Positions 1-13,028 of a DNA stretch of 64,000 nt are shown piece by piece. Below the pieces are notes generated by a model. That model ran no database searches and was not told the DNA's origin. It worked only from the letters and a program-made list of their open reading frames with translations. Position 1 is the first letter of the stretch, and every line of letters begins with the position of its first letter. Source of the DNA: Antedon mediterranea (Eukaryota; Animalia; Echinodermata). Both the position numbers and the translations under genes were made by a program. Location of the stretch: contig NC_092672.1 of NCBI RefSeq assembly GCF_964355755.1, positions 7,136,441-7,200,440 of the forward strand, in the 5' to 3' direction.

Positions 1-1041
1 TTCAGCCACGTTTGCTTCACATCAATAGTTAACTTTTTTAACGCTATCGCAATTTGTAACATTAGAAAGTGCGCGCGTAAATGGCGTTTGAAATTTTAAA
101 ATGCTTCAAATCAATTTCTGATTAAATTAGAGCACGATTCAGGTCATTTTAAGCGTTTAAAAAATTGCCACTGGTGCGCACATTTTTACGCGCGCACGGC
201 GCAGGGAACAGGTATGAGCATTTCTTTTACACGATTTGTGTTTTTAAATCTTCTGTTAACAATTTTACGTTATTTTATTCACTTTTCAACTTGAAATGGC
301 GTTCTACGAGCACGTTAAACATGACAGGTTGCGCACGAAAACGTCAACAAATTGTGAAAATGTTCCAAAATATGTCTACTTTTAAAAATGACACAGTTCA
401 TCAGAATGCAAGGTTACCCCCATTTTTTATTTTAATTTCTTGCAGTGTATGAATCATAGGTCTGATTTATTATAGTGTTGAATGCTAAAACGTGTTTGAT
501 GGCTACATTATTTGCATATTAAATATAATTTTTGAAATATTTATCATCAAACAAACATAAACTTATTCAAAGAGCAAAACAATAAACATAACATTTATCT
601 TTTTTCTTTACATGTTAATATATAAAACTTGAAAGTATGTACTTTCATAAAATATCAGCGTTTAAAATTTTTGAAGATTTCATCATAGTAAAATTTATGA
701 TTTAAGTTTGATATGTAATAATCAACTTGCATCGAGGGGGTTCACGACATACCGAATGAACGAGGACTCTTTCTTCGGATTTTCGTCAGCAGGTGGTCAT
801 ATGGCTCGATGTGTAATGCAACCGACTTTGGTATCAGAGGTACCGGGTTCGAGTCCCGTCACGGGAAAACAATTAATTAAAAGGGTTTAGTTGGTTATTA
901 CACTGAGAGGGCAGTTTTAATTTTGAATAGCCTACTTTTTTTGGAAAAGTCATAACTTGGAAGTACTTGAATACGCAAGATACGCTTTGTTGCTGGCGGA
1001 TAACCAAACTCGTCCTCAAGTGACGAGTTTAAGTTCTAGTT
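1..1041 (+). repeat. Unit U0 (partial, diverged R2-type; left edge truncated by window)
   Basis: Shares R2 core (aaattagagcacg...ttttaagcgtttaaaaaattgcca...gcgcacatttttacgcgcgcac) and ends in hairpin ggataaccaaactcgtcctcaagtgacgagtt + CTAGTT. Confidence 0.6.
793..878 (+). repeat. tRNA-derived segment (tRNA pseudogene/SINE head) inside U0
   Basis: ggctcgatgtgtaatgcaaccgactttggtatcagaggtaccgggttcgagtcccgtcacggg: near-canonical T-arm GGTTCGAGTCC (B box) but no intact acceptor stem. Confidence 0.4.
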
Positions 1042-2565
1042 CTTCTTCTTTCTTTCTGTATGATTTTTGTGTAACGCTTTTCTCCAAAACTCGCAAACAT
1101 AACATTTCGGTAACTATGTTAACATTTTGACATTTATGTAACGTCGTCAGGCGAAGCTTTTCATGATGTTTACAATTGCGCAACGTGACGTACGCGCGAT
1201 TTAACGATTTTCTCGTATTTAACATATGTCTACAACCAAATAACATTTCAACTTGAAACTTTGCAAAAGTTTAATTTATATCATGCGCTAACTTTCTGTT
1301 GAAAAAAAATTGCGTGTTTTACATAAAGTTACGCGCGCACGCGCATTTAAAATTTCAAAATGCGCAAAATTAATTTATAATCAACTTTCTACGCGTTTCA
1401 TGTCGTTTTAAGCATGTCAAAAATTCCCACGCTTGCGCACATTTTTACGTGTGCGGTGCGCACGTAGCATTGAAAACGTATTTTTTTCGCGTGATTTATG
1501 TTTTTCCAGCCTTTTCTAGTAATTTTACCAAATTTTAAACAATTTCGACTTAAAGATACGTCATACGAGCACGTCCAATTGGACAATTTGCGCGCGTTTT
1601 TTATGAAAAGGTTAAAAAATTCGTTTAAAATATGTCTTTTTTTAAACAGTCGTAATTTCTAAACTAGACGGTCAAATTTTTGTGGATGACATATTCTGGA
1701 AGTAGATGAGTTGTAGATATCGGATCAGGTATTAATATGGCTAACCGGACATTGTGACGTCATCGTATGGCCACACGAACATAAAATTTAGGATTTTTGT
1801 ATCTTTCGTCATAGCTCATCACATTGAATAGAGCGCATCTCGACTTATCCGTTTTCCATTTTCCCCCCGATTTTGATAATGTCTAGGTCAATCAACTGTC
1901 TTTCGCATGAGTTAAAAATAATTTAATTTTTTTGACGTCATCATGCCTAAAAATTTAAATCACGTGTGGCATCAATTTCATCTTTACAGACAATTTTAAT
2001 CTGTTATAGCTCGTAAGAATAAAATGTGATAATCACGATTAAAACTTTTTCTGTAAGCTATTGGATTGTAGATACGAAATTATGTAAAAATGTTGCCAAT
2101 CGGATGTTGTGACGTCATCATATGGCCAGTTAAATGAAAAAGGTCGTATTTTCATCTTTTGCGTCATAATTCATTACATTTAAAAGAGCGCGCATCAATA
2201 TTTCACGTATTCAAATTTCTTCTACACGCTAATACGTTGTTGCTGAGATAATTTCCTTTCGGAATTGCTACCTTCGCGTTTCATTTTAAAACCGTCAACA
2301 TGTTAAAAATTGCAATAAATAGCGGGTCCCGTAATTTCACCTATTCTACACTGTATGTGATATGGATACAGGTTATACTGTGTATACTATATATGAATAT
2401 AAATAATAAAATTCAGCAATAACAACATATCATATTCTTCAGTTCAGGTCATAATGCCATAGTGAACACTTCCTTTTGTCCTCAACCTATCCCCTTAAGT
2501 TAATGTTGCACCACTTGCGCTGCGGATAACCAAACTCGTCAAAGTGACGAGTTACATGTCTAGTT
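1042..2565 (+). repeat. Unit U1 (R1 family, 1524 bp)
   Basis: 3' palindrome gcggataaccaaactcgtcaaagtgacgagtt + acatgtCTAGTT; internal direct duplication of a ~180 bp segment (1690-1860 vs 2040-2230). Confidence 0.7.
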
Positions 2566-4136
2566 GGTTATCCGCAACGAAGTTGCAGGATAACCTCTTG
2601 TGATTGTACGAAATCATTCTGTATGATTTTTGTGTAACGCTTTTCTCTAAAACTCGCAAACATAACATTTCGGTAACTATCTTAACATATTGACATTTAC
2701 GTAACGTCGTCAAGCGAAGCTTTTCATGACGTTTACAATTGCGCAACGTGACTTACGCGCGATTTAACGATTTTGTCGTATTTAACATAGCTCGACAACC
2801 AAATAACATTTCAACTTGAAACTTTGCAAAAGTTTAATTTATATCATGCGCTAACTTTCTGTTGAAAAAAAATTCCGTGTTTTACACAAAGTTACGCGCG
2901 CACGCGCATTTAAAATTTCAAAATGCGCAAAATTAATTTCTAATCAACTTTCTACGCGTTTCATGTCGTTTTAAGCATGTCAAAAATTCCCACGCGTGCG
3001 CATATTTTTACGTGTGCGGTGCGCACGTAGCATTGAAAACGTATTTTTTTCACGTGATTTATGTTTTTCCAGCCTTTTCTAGTAATTTTACAAAATTTTA
3101 AACAATTTCGACTTAAAGATACGTCATACGAGCACGTCGAATTGGACAATTTGCGCGCGTTTTTTATGAAAAGGTTAAAAAATTTGTTTAAAATATGCCT
3201 TTTTTAAAACAGTCGTAATTTCTAAACTAGACGGTCAAATTTTTGTGGATGACATATTCTAGAAGTAGATGAGTTGTAGATGTCGGATCAGGTACTAATA
3301 TGGCTAACCGGACATTGTGACGTCATCGTATGGCCACGCGAATATAAAATTTAGGATTTTTGTATCTTTCGTCATAGCTCATCACATTGAATAGAGCGCA
3401 TCTCCACTTATCCGTTTTCCATTTTCACCCCGATTTTAATATTGTCTAGGTCAATCAAGTATCTTTCGCATGAGTTAAAAATATTTTAATTTTTTTGACG
3501 TCATCATGCCTAAAAATTTAAATCACGTGTGGCATTAATTTCATCTTTACAGTAAATTTTAATCTGTTATAGCTCGTAAGAATAAAATGTGATAATCACG
3601 ATTAAAACTTTTTCTGGAAGCTATTGGATTGTAGATACAAAATTATGTAAAAATGTTGCCAATCGGATGTTGTGACGTCATCATATGGCCAGTAAAATAA
3701 AAAAGGTCGTATTTTCATCTTTTGCGTCATAATTCATTACATTTAAACGAGCGCGCATCAATATTTCACGTATTCAAATTTCTTCTACACGCTAATACGT
3801 TGTTGCTGAGATAATTTCCTTTCGGAATTGCTACCTTCGCGTTTCATTTTAAAACCGTCAACATGTTAAAAATTGCAATAAATAACGGGTCCCGTAATTT
3901 CGCCTATTCTATGTATGTCACTGTATGTGATATGGATACAGATTATACTGTGTATACTATATATGAATTTAAATAATAAAATTCAGCAATAACAACATAT
4001 CATATTCTTCAGTTCAGGTCATAATGCCAACGTGAACACTTCCTTTTGTCCTCAACCTATCCCCTTAATGTTAATGTTGCACCACTTGCGCGGCGGATAA
4101 CCAAACTCGTCAAAGTGACGAGTTACATGTCTAGTT
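2566..4136 (+). repeat. Unit U2 (R1 family, 1571 bp) with 5' motif GGTTATCCGC and 3' GCGGATAACC (terminal inverted motifs)
   Basis: 5' ggttatccgcaacgaagttgcaggataacc palindrome; 3' gcggataaccaaactcgtcaaagtgacgagttacatgtCTAGTT. Confidence 0.7.
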
Positions 4137-5549
4137 TATTTATTCTTTCCTTAGCACTATTTTGTCCGTGCATTATCTTGGCATCAGTTTCATCTAGCTA
4201 AGTCAAGTTTTCAGAGTATATTCCTTATGGCCAGGAATCGATGTGGTTATATTTTCACGATGCGTAATCAAAAATTACGCGGTCTACGCGCGATTTTACG
4301 AAATCACGTTTGTAATCATATCTTCACAAGCATGAATCACAATTAAACAAAATTTGGTACTCATAAATTTCAGGTCATATTTCATCATATGGCAATTAAA
4401 TTACGTGCGTAGCGCATATAACGCTTGCGTACGCGCGCTTAAAATGTTCAAAATTGTCAAAATTTATTTTCGATGAAATTAGAGTACGTTTCAGGCAATT
4501 TTAAGCGTTTAAAAAATTGCCATGAGTGCGCAGATTTTTGCACGCGCACTGCGCGTTAAACGTTAATGCGCACTCTTTTTGCCCGATTTCTGTTTTACAA
4601 TCTTTCTTTAATAATATCATCATATTTGATTCAGGTTTCAACTCGAAATTGCGTTATACGAGCACGTCAAAAGTGACTGGCTACGCACGTATAAGTTAAC
4701 AAAATGGTGAAAATATGCTAAATTTTAAAATTAATATATATCGTCAGAATGCAGGGGAACACCTATTTTTTATTTCATTTTCTTGAAGTGTATGTATCAT
4801 ATGTATGATTTATTATCAAATTAAGAGAACAAAAGTTGATTAAGTCATCATTAATTGCATATTAAATTAAAAAAACATAATTTCGACAATCAAACAAATT
4901 ATGACATTTTCTTAGGCCAAAATAACAAACTTAACATTAACTTTCTTCCTTCAAAAATTCATATATTAAAGTTAAAAGTATGTAGTTTGACAGTGCATCA
5001 TTTGTATACATTTTAAAGATGTCATCATAGTAAAAAATTATAATTCATTTCAGTATGTAATAATCTATTTGCATCAAAGTGGTTACTGCATAGTAAATAC
5101 ACGGAGGAATTTTTCTACAACTTTTAGTCAGTTGTGTACGGCTCGGTGGTCTGTGCTCGTGTCTATGGCATTCAAGGTACCGAGATCGAGTCTCACCTTG
5201 GGAAACGAAATAAGATTTTTTTTTTATTATCCGTATTGTTTGTTCAAATTTATTTCTTAGTGTATAGATTATACACATGATTTATAATGAAATCTAGATA
5301 AAAATTTACTTATGTCTTTATTATTATGTAACAACAAATGTGGTTTATGACATTATACGCATATGGATCTTTGATCGGATTGTGATACCGGCTATGGTGT
5401 TCGCGTTAGCAAGGTCCTATCATATATTATAAATAATTAAAGATTCTGAGAAAATCAATCAATCAATATATCTTTTAAAAATCAATTATCTTTATTTAAA
5501 TCAATGCATATAACCTATAATTCGTCATAGTGACGAATTAAATCTAGTT
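4137..5549 (+). repeat. Unit U3 (R2 family, 1413 bp)
   Basis: Starts tatttattctttccttagcac, ends cataacctataattcgtcatagtgacgaattaaatCTAGTT. Confidence 0.7.
5122..5230 (+). repeat. tRNA-derived Pol III-like module with T-run in U3
   Basis: tagtcagttgtgtacggctcggtgg (A-box-like) ... ggtaccgagatcgagtctcacc (B-box-like) ... gggaaacgaaataagaTTTTTTTTTTT. Confidence 0.45.
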
Positions 5550-6971
5550 TATTTATTTATTCTTTCCTTAGCACTATTTTGTCCGTGAATTATCTTGATA
5601 TCAGTTTCATCTATCTAAGTCAATTTTTCAGAGTATATTCCTTATGGCCAGGAATCGATGTGGTTATATTTTCACGATGCGTAATCAAAAATTACGCGGT
5701 CTACGTGCGATTTTACGAAATCACGTTTGTAATCATATCTTCACAAGCATGAATCACAATTAAACAAAATTTGGTACTCATAAATTTCAGGTCATATTTC
5801 ATCATATGGCAATACAATTACGTGCGTAGCGCATATAACGCTTGCGTACGCGCGCTTAAAATGTTCAAAATTGTCAAAATTTATTTTCGATGAAATTAGA
5901 GTACGTTTCAGGCAATTTTAAGCGTTTAAAAAATTGCCATGAGTGCGCAGATTTTTGCACGCGCACTGCGCGTTATACGTTAATGCGCACTCTTTTTGTC
6001 CGATTTCGGTTGTACAACCTTTCTTTAATAATATCATCATATTTTATTCACTTTTCAACGCGTAATTGCCTTATACGAGCACGTCAAAAGTGACAGGCTA
6101 CGCACGTGTAAGTTAACAAAATGGTGAAAATATGCTAAATTTTAAAATTAATATAGATCGTCAGAATGCTCGGGAACACATATTTTTTATTTAATTTTCT
6201 TGAAGTGTATGTATCTTATGTATGATTTATTATTAAACTAAGGGAACAAAAGTTGATTAAGCCATAATTAATTGCATATTAAATTAAAAAAAATTCATTT
6301 CGACAATCAAACAAATTATGACATTTTCTTAGGCCAAAATAACAAACTTAACATTAACTTTCTTCCTTCAAAAGTTCATATATTAAAGTTAAAAGTATAT
6401 AGTTTGACAGTGCATCATTTTTGTACATTTTTAGAGATGTCATCATAGTAAAAAATTATAATTCATTGCGGTATGTAATAATCTATCTGCACCAAAGTGG
6501 TTACTGCATAGTAAATACACGGAGGAATTTTTCTACAATTTTTAGTCAGTTGTGTATAGCTCGGTGGTGTGTGCTCGTGTCTATGGCAATCAAGGTACCG
6601 AGATCGAGTCTCACCTTGGGAAACGAAATAAATTTTTTTTTTTATTATCCGTATTGTTTGTTCAAATTTATTTCTTAGTGTATATATTATACACATGATT
6701 TATAATGAAATCTAGATAAAAAATAACTTATGTCTTTATTATTATGTAACAGCAAATGTGGTTTATGACATTATACGCAGAGGGATCTTTGATCGGATTG
6801 TGATACCGGCTATTGTATTCGCGTTAGCAAGGTCCTATCATATATTATATATTATTTAAAGAATCTGAGAAAATCAATGAATCAAAATATCTTTTAAAAA
6901 TAAATTATCTTTATTTTAATTATCAATGCATATAACCTATAATTCGTCATAGTGACGAATTAAATCTAGTT
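5550..6971 (+). repeat. Unit U4 (R2 family, 1422 bp)
   Basis: Near-identical to U3/U5; same terminal palindrome aattcgtcatagtgacgaatt + CTAGTT. Confidence 0.7.
6541..6648 (+). repeat. tRNA-derived Pol III-like module with T-run in U4
   Basis: Same module as 5122-5230. Confidence 0.45.
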
Positions 6972-8392
6972 TCTTTATTTATTCTTTCCTTAGCACTATT
7001 TTGTCCGTGAATTATCTTGATATCAGTTTCATCTATCTAAGTCAATTTTTCAGAGTATATTCCTTATGGCCAGGAATCGATGTGGTTATGTTTTCAGGGT
7101 GCGCAATCAAACATTACGCGGTCTACGCGCGATTTAACGAAATCACGTTTGTAATCATATCTTCACAAGCATGAATCACTTTTAAACAAAATTTGGTACT
7201 CATAAATTTCAGGTCATATTTCATCATATGGCAATACAATTACGTGCGTAGCGCATATAATGCATGCGTACGCGCGCTTAGAATGTTGAAAATTGTCAGA
7301 ATTTATTTTCGATGAAATTAGAATACGTTTCAGGCAATTTTAAGCGTTTAAAAAATTGCCATGAGTGCGCAGATTTTTGCACGTGCACTGCGCGTCAAAC
7401 GTTAATGCGCACTGTTTTTGTCCGATTACTGTTGTATAACCTTTCTTTAATAATATCATCATATTTTATTCACTTTTCAATGCGAAACAGCGTTATACGA
7501 GCACGTCAAAAGTGACAGGCTACGCACGTGTAAGTTAACAAAATGGTGAAAATATGCTAAATTTTAAAATTAATATATATCGTTAGAATGCTCGGGAACA
7601 CCTATTTTTTATTTAATTTTCTTGAAGTGTATGTATCATATGTATGATTTCTTATCAAATAAAGAGAACAAAAGTTGATTAAGTCATCATTAATTGCATA
7701 TTAAATTAAAAAAAAATAATTTCGACAATCAAACAAATTATGACATTCTCTTAGGCCAAAATAACAAACTTAACATTAACTTTCTTCCTTCAAAAATTCA
7801 TATATTAAAGTTAAAAGTATGTAGTTTGACAGTCCATCATTTGTATACATTTTAAAGATGTCATCATAGTAAAAAATTATAATTCATTTCGGTATGTAAT
7901 AATCTATTTGCATCAAACTGGTTACTGCATAGTAAATACACGGAGGAATTTTTCTACAACTTTTAGTCAGTTGTGTACGGCTCGGTGGTCTGTGCTCGTG
8001 TCTATGGCATTCAAGGTACCGAGATCGAGTCTCACCTTGGGAAACGAAATACGAATTTTTTTTTTTATTATCCGTATTGTTTGTTCAAATTTATTTCTTA
8101 GTGTATAGATTATACACATGATTTATAATGAAATCTAGATAAAAATTAACTTATGTCTTTATTTTATTATGTAACAACAAATGTGGTTTATGACATTATA
8201 CGCATATGGATCTTTGATCGGATTGTGATACCGGCTATGGTGTTCGCGTTAGCAAGGTCCTATCATATATTATAAATAATTAAAGATTCTGAGAAAATCA
8301 ATCAATCAATATATCTTTTAAAAATCAATTATCTTTATTTAAATCAAGGCATATAACCTATAATTCGTCATAGTGACGAATTAAATCTAGTT
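6972..8392 (+). repeat. Unit U5 (R2 family, 1421 bp)
   Basis: Same structure, terminal palindrome + CTAGTT at 8387-8392. Confidence 0.7.
7962..8067 (+). repeat. tRNA-derived Pol III-like module with T-run in U5
   Basis: Same module. Confidence 0.45.
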
Positions 8393-10029
8393 AGGTTATA
8401 TGCATTATCATGCATATAACCTCTTGATTCTGTCAAAATCTTTATTAGTTATCCGCATTTAGCGGATAACTCCTTGTAACTGTCCTGTGTCTTTTTTTTT
8501 TTTTTCATTATTCTTCAGTCTTTCTCCCTCACTTTTTGTGCAGAGCGTATCTCTAAAATGGGTAAACATAACATTTCATAACTTTGTCAACATATGGGCA
8601 TTTACGTGAAGTTGTGCACCTCCTATTTTTGAATGACGTCATAGTTACGCAACGTGACTTACGCATGATTTTATGATTTTTTTAAATTGATCATAGATAT
8701 AAAACCAAGTGTAATTTTTTTTTGTACACTTTGTGAAAATTTAAGTCATATCAAGGGCAAACTTTTTGTGCACAAAAAATGGCATGTTTTACAAGAAGTT
8801 ACGCGCGCACGCGCGTTTAAAATTTTATAATGCGAAAAATCAATTTCTAATTAATTTTCTACGCGTTTCTTGTCATTTTGAGCATGTCAAAAATTCCCAC
8901 GCATGCGCAAATTTTTACGGGCGCGGTGCACACGTAGCGTTAAAAACATACTTTTTCCACGTGATTTATGTTTTTTCAGCCTTTTCTAGTAATTTTAACA
9001 ACTTTTAAACAATTTCGACTTAAAATTACGTCATACGAGCACGCCGAATTGGATAATTTGTGCGCGTTTTTGATGAAAAAGTTAACAAATTCGTCAAAAT
9101 AAAGCATTTTTTTAAACAGTCGTAGTTTCTAAACTAAACGGTAAAAATTATTTTTATTACATATTCTGGAAGTTGATGAGTTGTAGATATCGGATCATGC
9201 TTTAAAATGGCTAACCGGACATTGTAACGTCATCGTATGGCCACACGAATATAAAATATAGGATTTTTGTATCTTTCGTCATAGCTTATCAGATTTAATA
9301 GAGCGCATCTCCACTTATCCGTTTTTCATTTTCACTTTGATTTTTATATTGTCTAGGTCAATCAATTTTCTTTCGCATGAGTTAAAAATATTTTAATTTT
9401 TATGACGTCATAATGTCTAAAAATGTAAATATCCCGGGTCACATATTTTCATCTTTACAGTAAATTTTAATCTGTTATAGCTCGTCAGAATAAAAAGTGA
9501 TAATCATGATTACAACGTTTTCTGGAAGCTATTGGATTGTAGATACGAATTCATGTAAACATTTTGCCAATCGAATGTTTTGACGTCATCATATGGTCAG
9601 CTGAATAAAAAAAGTCATATTTTCATATTTTGCGTAATAGTTCATCACATTTAAAAGAGCGCGCATCTATATTTTACGTATTTAAATTTCTTCTACACAT
9701 TAATATGTGGTTGCTGATATAATTTCCTTCCGAATTTGCTATCTTAGTGTTTCATTTTGATACCGTCGCCATGTTAAAAATTGGAATAAAGAGCGGGTCC
9801 CGTAATTTCACCTATTCTTCACTGTATGTGATATGTATACAGATTATACTGTGTAACTATACTATGACACAAAATAACAGAATTCAACACTAACAACATA
9901 TCATATTCATCAGTTCAGGTCATAATGCCATAATCTTTTTCTGTGTGCAATATTCCAACGTATGACGTGCACGTGGCGTTTGTCGTGCGGATAACTAACT
10001 CGTCAAAGTGACGAGTTTCATGTCTAGTT
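8393..10029 (+). repeat. Unit U6 (R1 family variant, 1637 bp)
   Basis: 5' palindromes ggttatatgcattatcatgcatataacc and agttatccgcatttagcggataact; 3' gcggataactaactcgtcaaagtgacgagtttcatgtCTAGTT. Confidence 0.7.
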
Positions 10030-11609
10030 AGTTATCCGCTTAGTAGCGGATAACTCCTTGTAATCGTCCTGTTTCATCAAATTTTTTTTTTTCTGTATTA
10101 TACTTCTTTCTTTCTGTCATTTTTGTGCGTCGCGTTTCTCTAAAACGTGTAAACAGAACATATCGTAACTTTGTCAACATATCGACATTTACGTGAACTT
10201 GTGCACCTCCTATTTTTGAATGACGTCAGAGTTGCGCAACGTGACTTACGTGCGATTTTATGAATTTCAATGATTGATCATAGACTAAAAACCAAACATA
10301 ATTTTGTTTTGAAACTTTGTGAAAATTTAAGTCATATCAAGCGCAAACTTTCTATGGATTAAAAATAGCATGTTTCACAAAAAGTTACGCGCGCACGCGC
10401 GTTTAAAATTTTAACGTGCGAAATATTAACTTCTAATCAACTTTCTATGCGTTTCATGTCATTTTGAGCATGTCAAAAATTCCCACGCGCGCGAACATTT
10501 TTACGCACGCGGTGCACACGTAGCGTTAAAAACATATTTTTTTCGCGTGATTTATGTTTTTTCAGCCTTTTCTAGTAATGTTACCAAATTTTAAACAATT
10601 TCGACTTAAAATTACGTCATACGAGCACGTCGAATTAGATAATTTGCACGCGTATTTGGTGAAAAAGTTAAAAAATTCGTCAAAATTATGCCTATTTTTA
10701 AACAGTCATAGATTCTAAACTACATGGAGAACTTTTTTTTAATTACATATTCTGGAAGTTGATGAGTTGTAGATATCGGATCATGCATTAATAAGGCTAA
10801 CCGGACTTTGTGACGTCATCGTATGGCCACGCGAATATAAAATAGAGGATTTTTGTCTATTTCGTCATAGCTCATCACATTTAATAGAGCGCATCTCCAC
10901 TTATTCGTTGTCCATTTTCATTCCGATTTTAATATATTCTAGATCTATCAACAATCTTTTGCATGAATTAAAAATTTTTTAATTTTGTTAACGTCATCAT
11001 GCCTAAAAATTTAAATTACGTTGGTCATTAATTTCATCTTTACAGTAAATTTTAATCAGTTATGCCTCGTAAGAATAAAATGTGATAATCACAATTAAAA
11101 CGTTTTCAGGAAGCTATTGTATTGTAGATACAAAATCATGTGTAAATTGTGCCAATCGAATGTTGTGACGTCATCATATGGCCAGTTAAATAAAAAAAGT
11201 CGTATTTTCATCTTTTGCATTATATTTCATTACATTTAAAAGAGCGCGCATCAATATTTCACGTATTCAAATTTCTTCTACACGTTAATACGTTGTTGCT
11301 GAGATAATTTCATTCAGAAATTTCTACTTTTACATTTCATTTTGAAACCGTCAAGATGTTAAAAATTACAATAAAATACGGGTCCCGTAATTTCACCTAT
11401 TTTACACTGTTTGTGATATGTATACAGATTGTACTGTGTATACTATATGACACAAAATAACAGAATTCAGAAATAACATATCATATTCTTCAGTTCAGGT
11501 CATAATGCCTTAATATTTTTCTGTGTGCAATATTCTAACGTATGACGTGCACGTGGCGTTTGTCGAGCGGATAACTAACTCGTCAAAGTGACGAGTTTCA
11601 TGTCTAGTT
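10030..11609 (+). repeat. Unit U7 (R1 family variant, 1580 bp)
   Basis: 5' agttatccgcttagtagcggataact palindrome; 3' hairpin + CTAGTT at 11604-11609. Confidence 0.7.
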
Positions 11610-13028
11610 TATTTATTCTTTCCTTAGCACTATTTTGTCCGTGAATTATCTTGATATCAGTTTCATCTATCTAAGTCAATTTTTCAGAGTATATTCCTTA
11701 TGGCCAGGAATCGATGTGGTTATATTTTCACGATGCGTAATCAAAAATTACGCGGTCTACGCGCGATTTTACGAAATCACGTTTGTAATCATATCTTCAC
11801 AAGCATGAATCACAATTAAACAAAATTTGGTACTCATAAATTTCAGGTCATATTTCATCATATGGCAATACAATTACGTGCGTAGCGCATATAACGCTTG
11901 CGTACGCGCGCTTAAAATGTTCAAAATTGTCAAAATTTATTTTCGATGAAATTAGAGTACGTTTCAGGCAATTTTAAGCGTTTAAAAAATTGCCATGAGT
12001 GCGCAGATTTTTGCACGCGCACTGCGCGTTATACGTTAATGCGCACTCTTTTTGTCCGATTTCGGTTGTACAACCTTTCTTTAATAATATCATCATATTT
12101 TATTCACTTTTCAACGCGTAATTGCCTTATACGAGCACGTCAAAAGTGACAGGCTACGCACGTGTAAGTTAACAAAATGGTGAAAATATGCTAAATTTTA
12201 AAATTAATATAGATCGTCAGAATGCTCGGGAACCCATATTTTTTATTTAATTTTCTTGAAGTGTATGTATCTTATGTATGATTTATTATTAAACTAAGGG
12301 AACAAAAGTTGATTAAGCCATAATTAATTGCATATTAAATTTAAAAAAATTCATTTTGACAATCAAACAAATTATGACATTTTCTTAGGCCAAAATAACA
12401 AACTTAACATTAACTTTCTTCCTTCAAAAGTTCATATATTAAAGTTAAAAGTATATAGTTTGACAGTGCATCATTTTTGTACATTTTTAGAGATGTCATC
12501 ATAGTAAAAAATTATAATTCATTGCGGTATGTAATAATCTATCTGCACCAAAGTGGTTACTGCATAGTAAATACACGGAGGAATTTTTCTACAATTTTTA
12601 GTCAGTTGTGTATGGCTCGGTGGTGTGTGCTCGTGTCTATGGCACTCAAGGTACCGAGATCGAGTCTCACCTTGGGAAACGAAATAATTTTTTTTTTTTT
12701 ATTATCCGTATTGTTTGTTCAAATTTATTTCTTAGTGTATATATTATACACATGATTTATCATGAAATCTAGATAAAAAATAACTTATGTCTTTATTATT
12801 ATGTAACAGCAAATGTGGTTTATGACATTATACGCAGAGGGATCTTTGATCGGATTGTGATACCGGCTATTGTATTCGCGTTAGCAAGGTCCTATCATAT
12901 ATTATATATTATTTAAAGAATCTGAGAAAATCAATGAATCAAAATATCTTTTAAAAATAAATTATCTTTATTTTAATTATCAATGCATATAACCTATAAT
13001 TCGTCATAGTGACGAATTAAATCTAGTT
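11610..13028 (+). repeat. Unit U8 (R2 family, 1419 bp)
   Basis: Near-identical to U4; terminal palindrome + CTAGTT. Confidence 0.7.
12596..12701 (+). repeat. tRNA-derived Pol III-like module with T-run in U8
   Basis: Same module. Confidence 0.45.
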
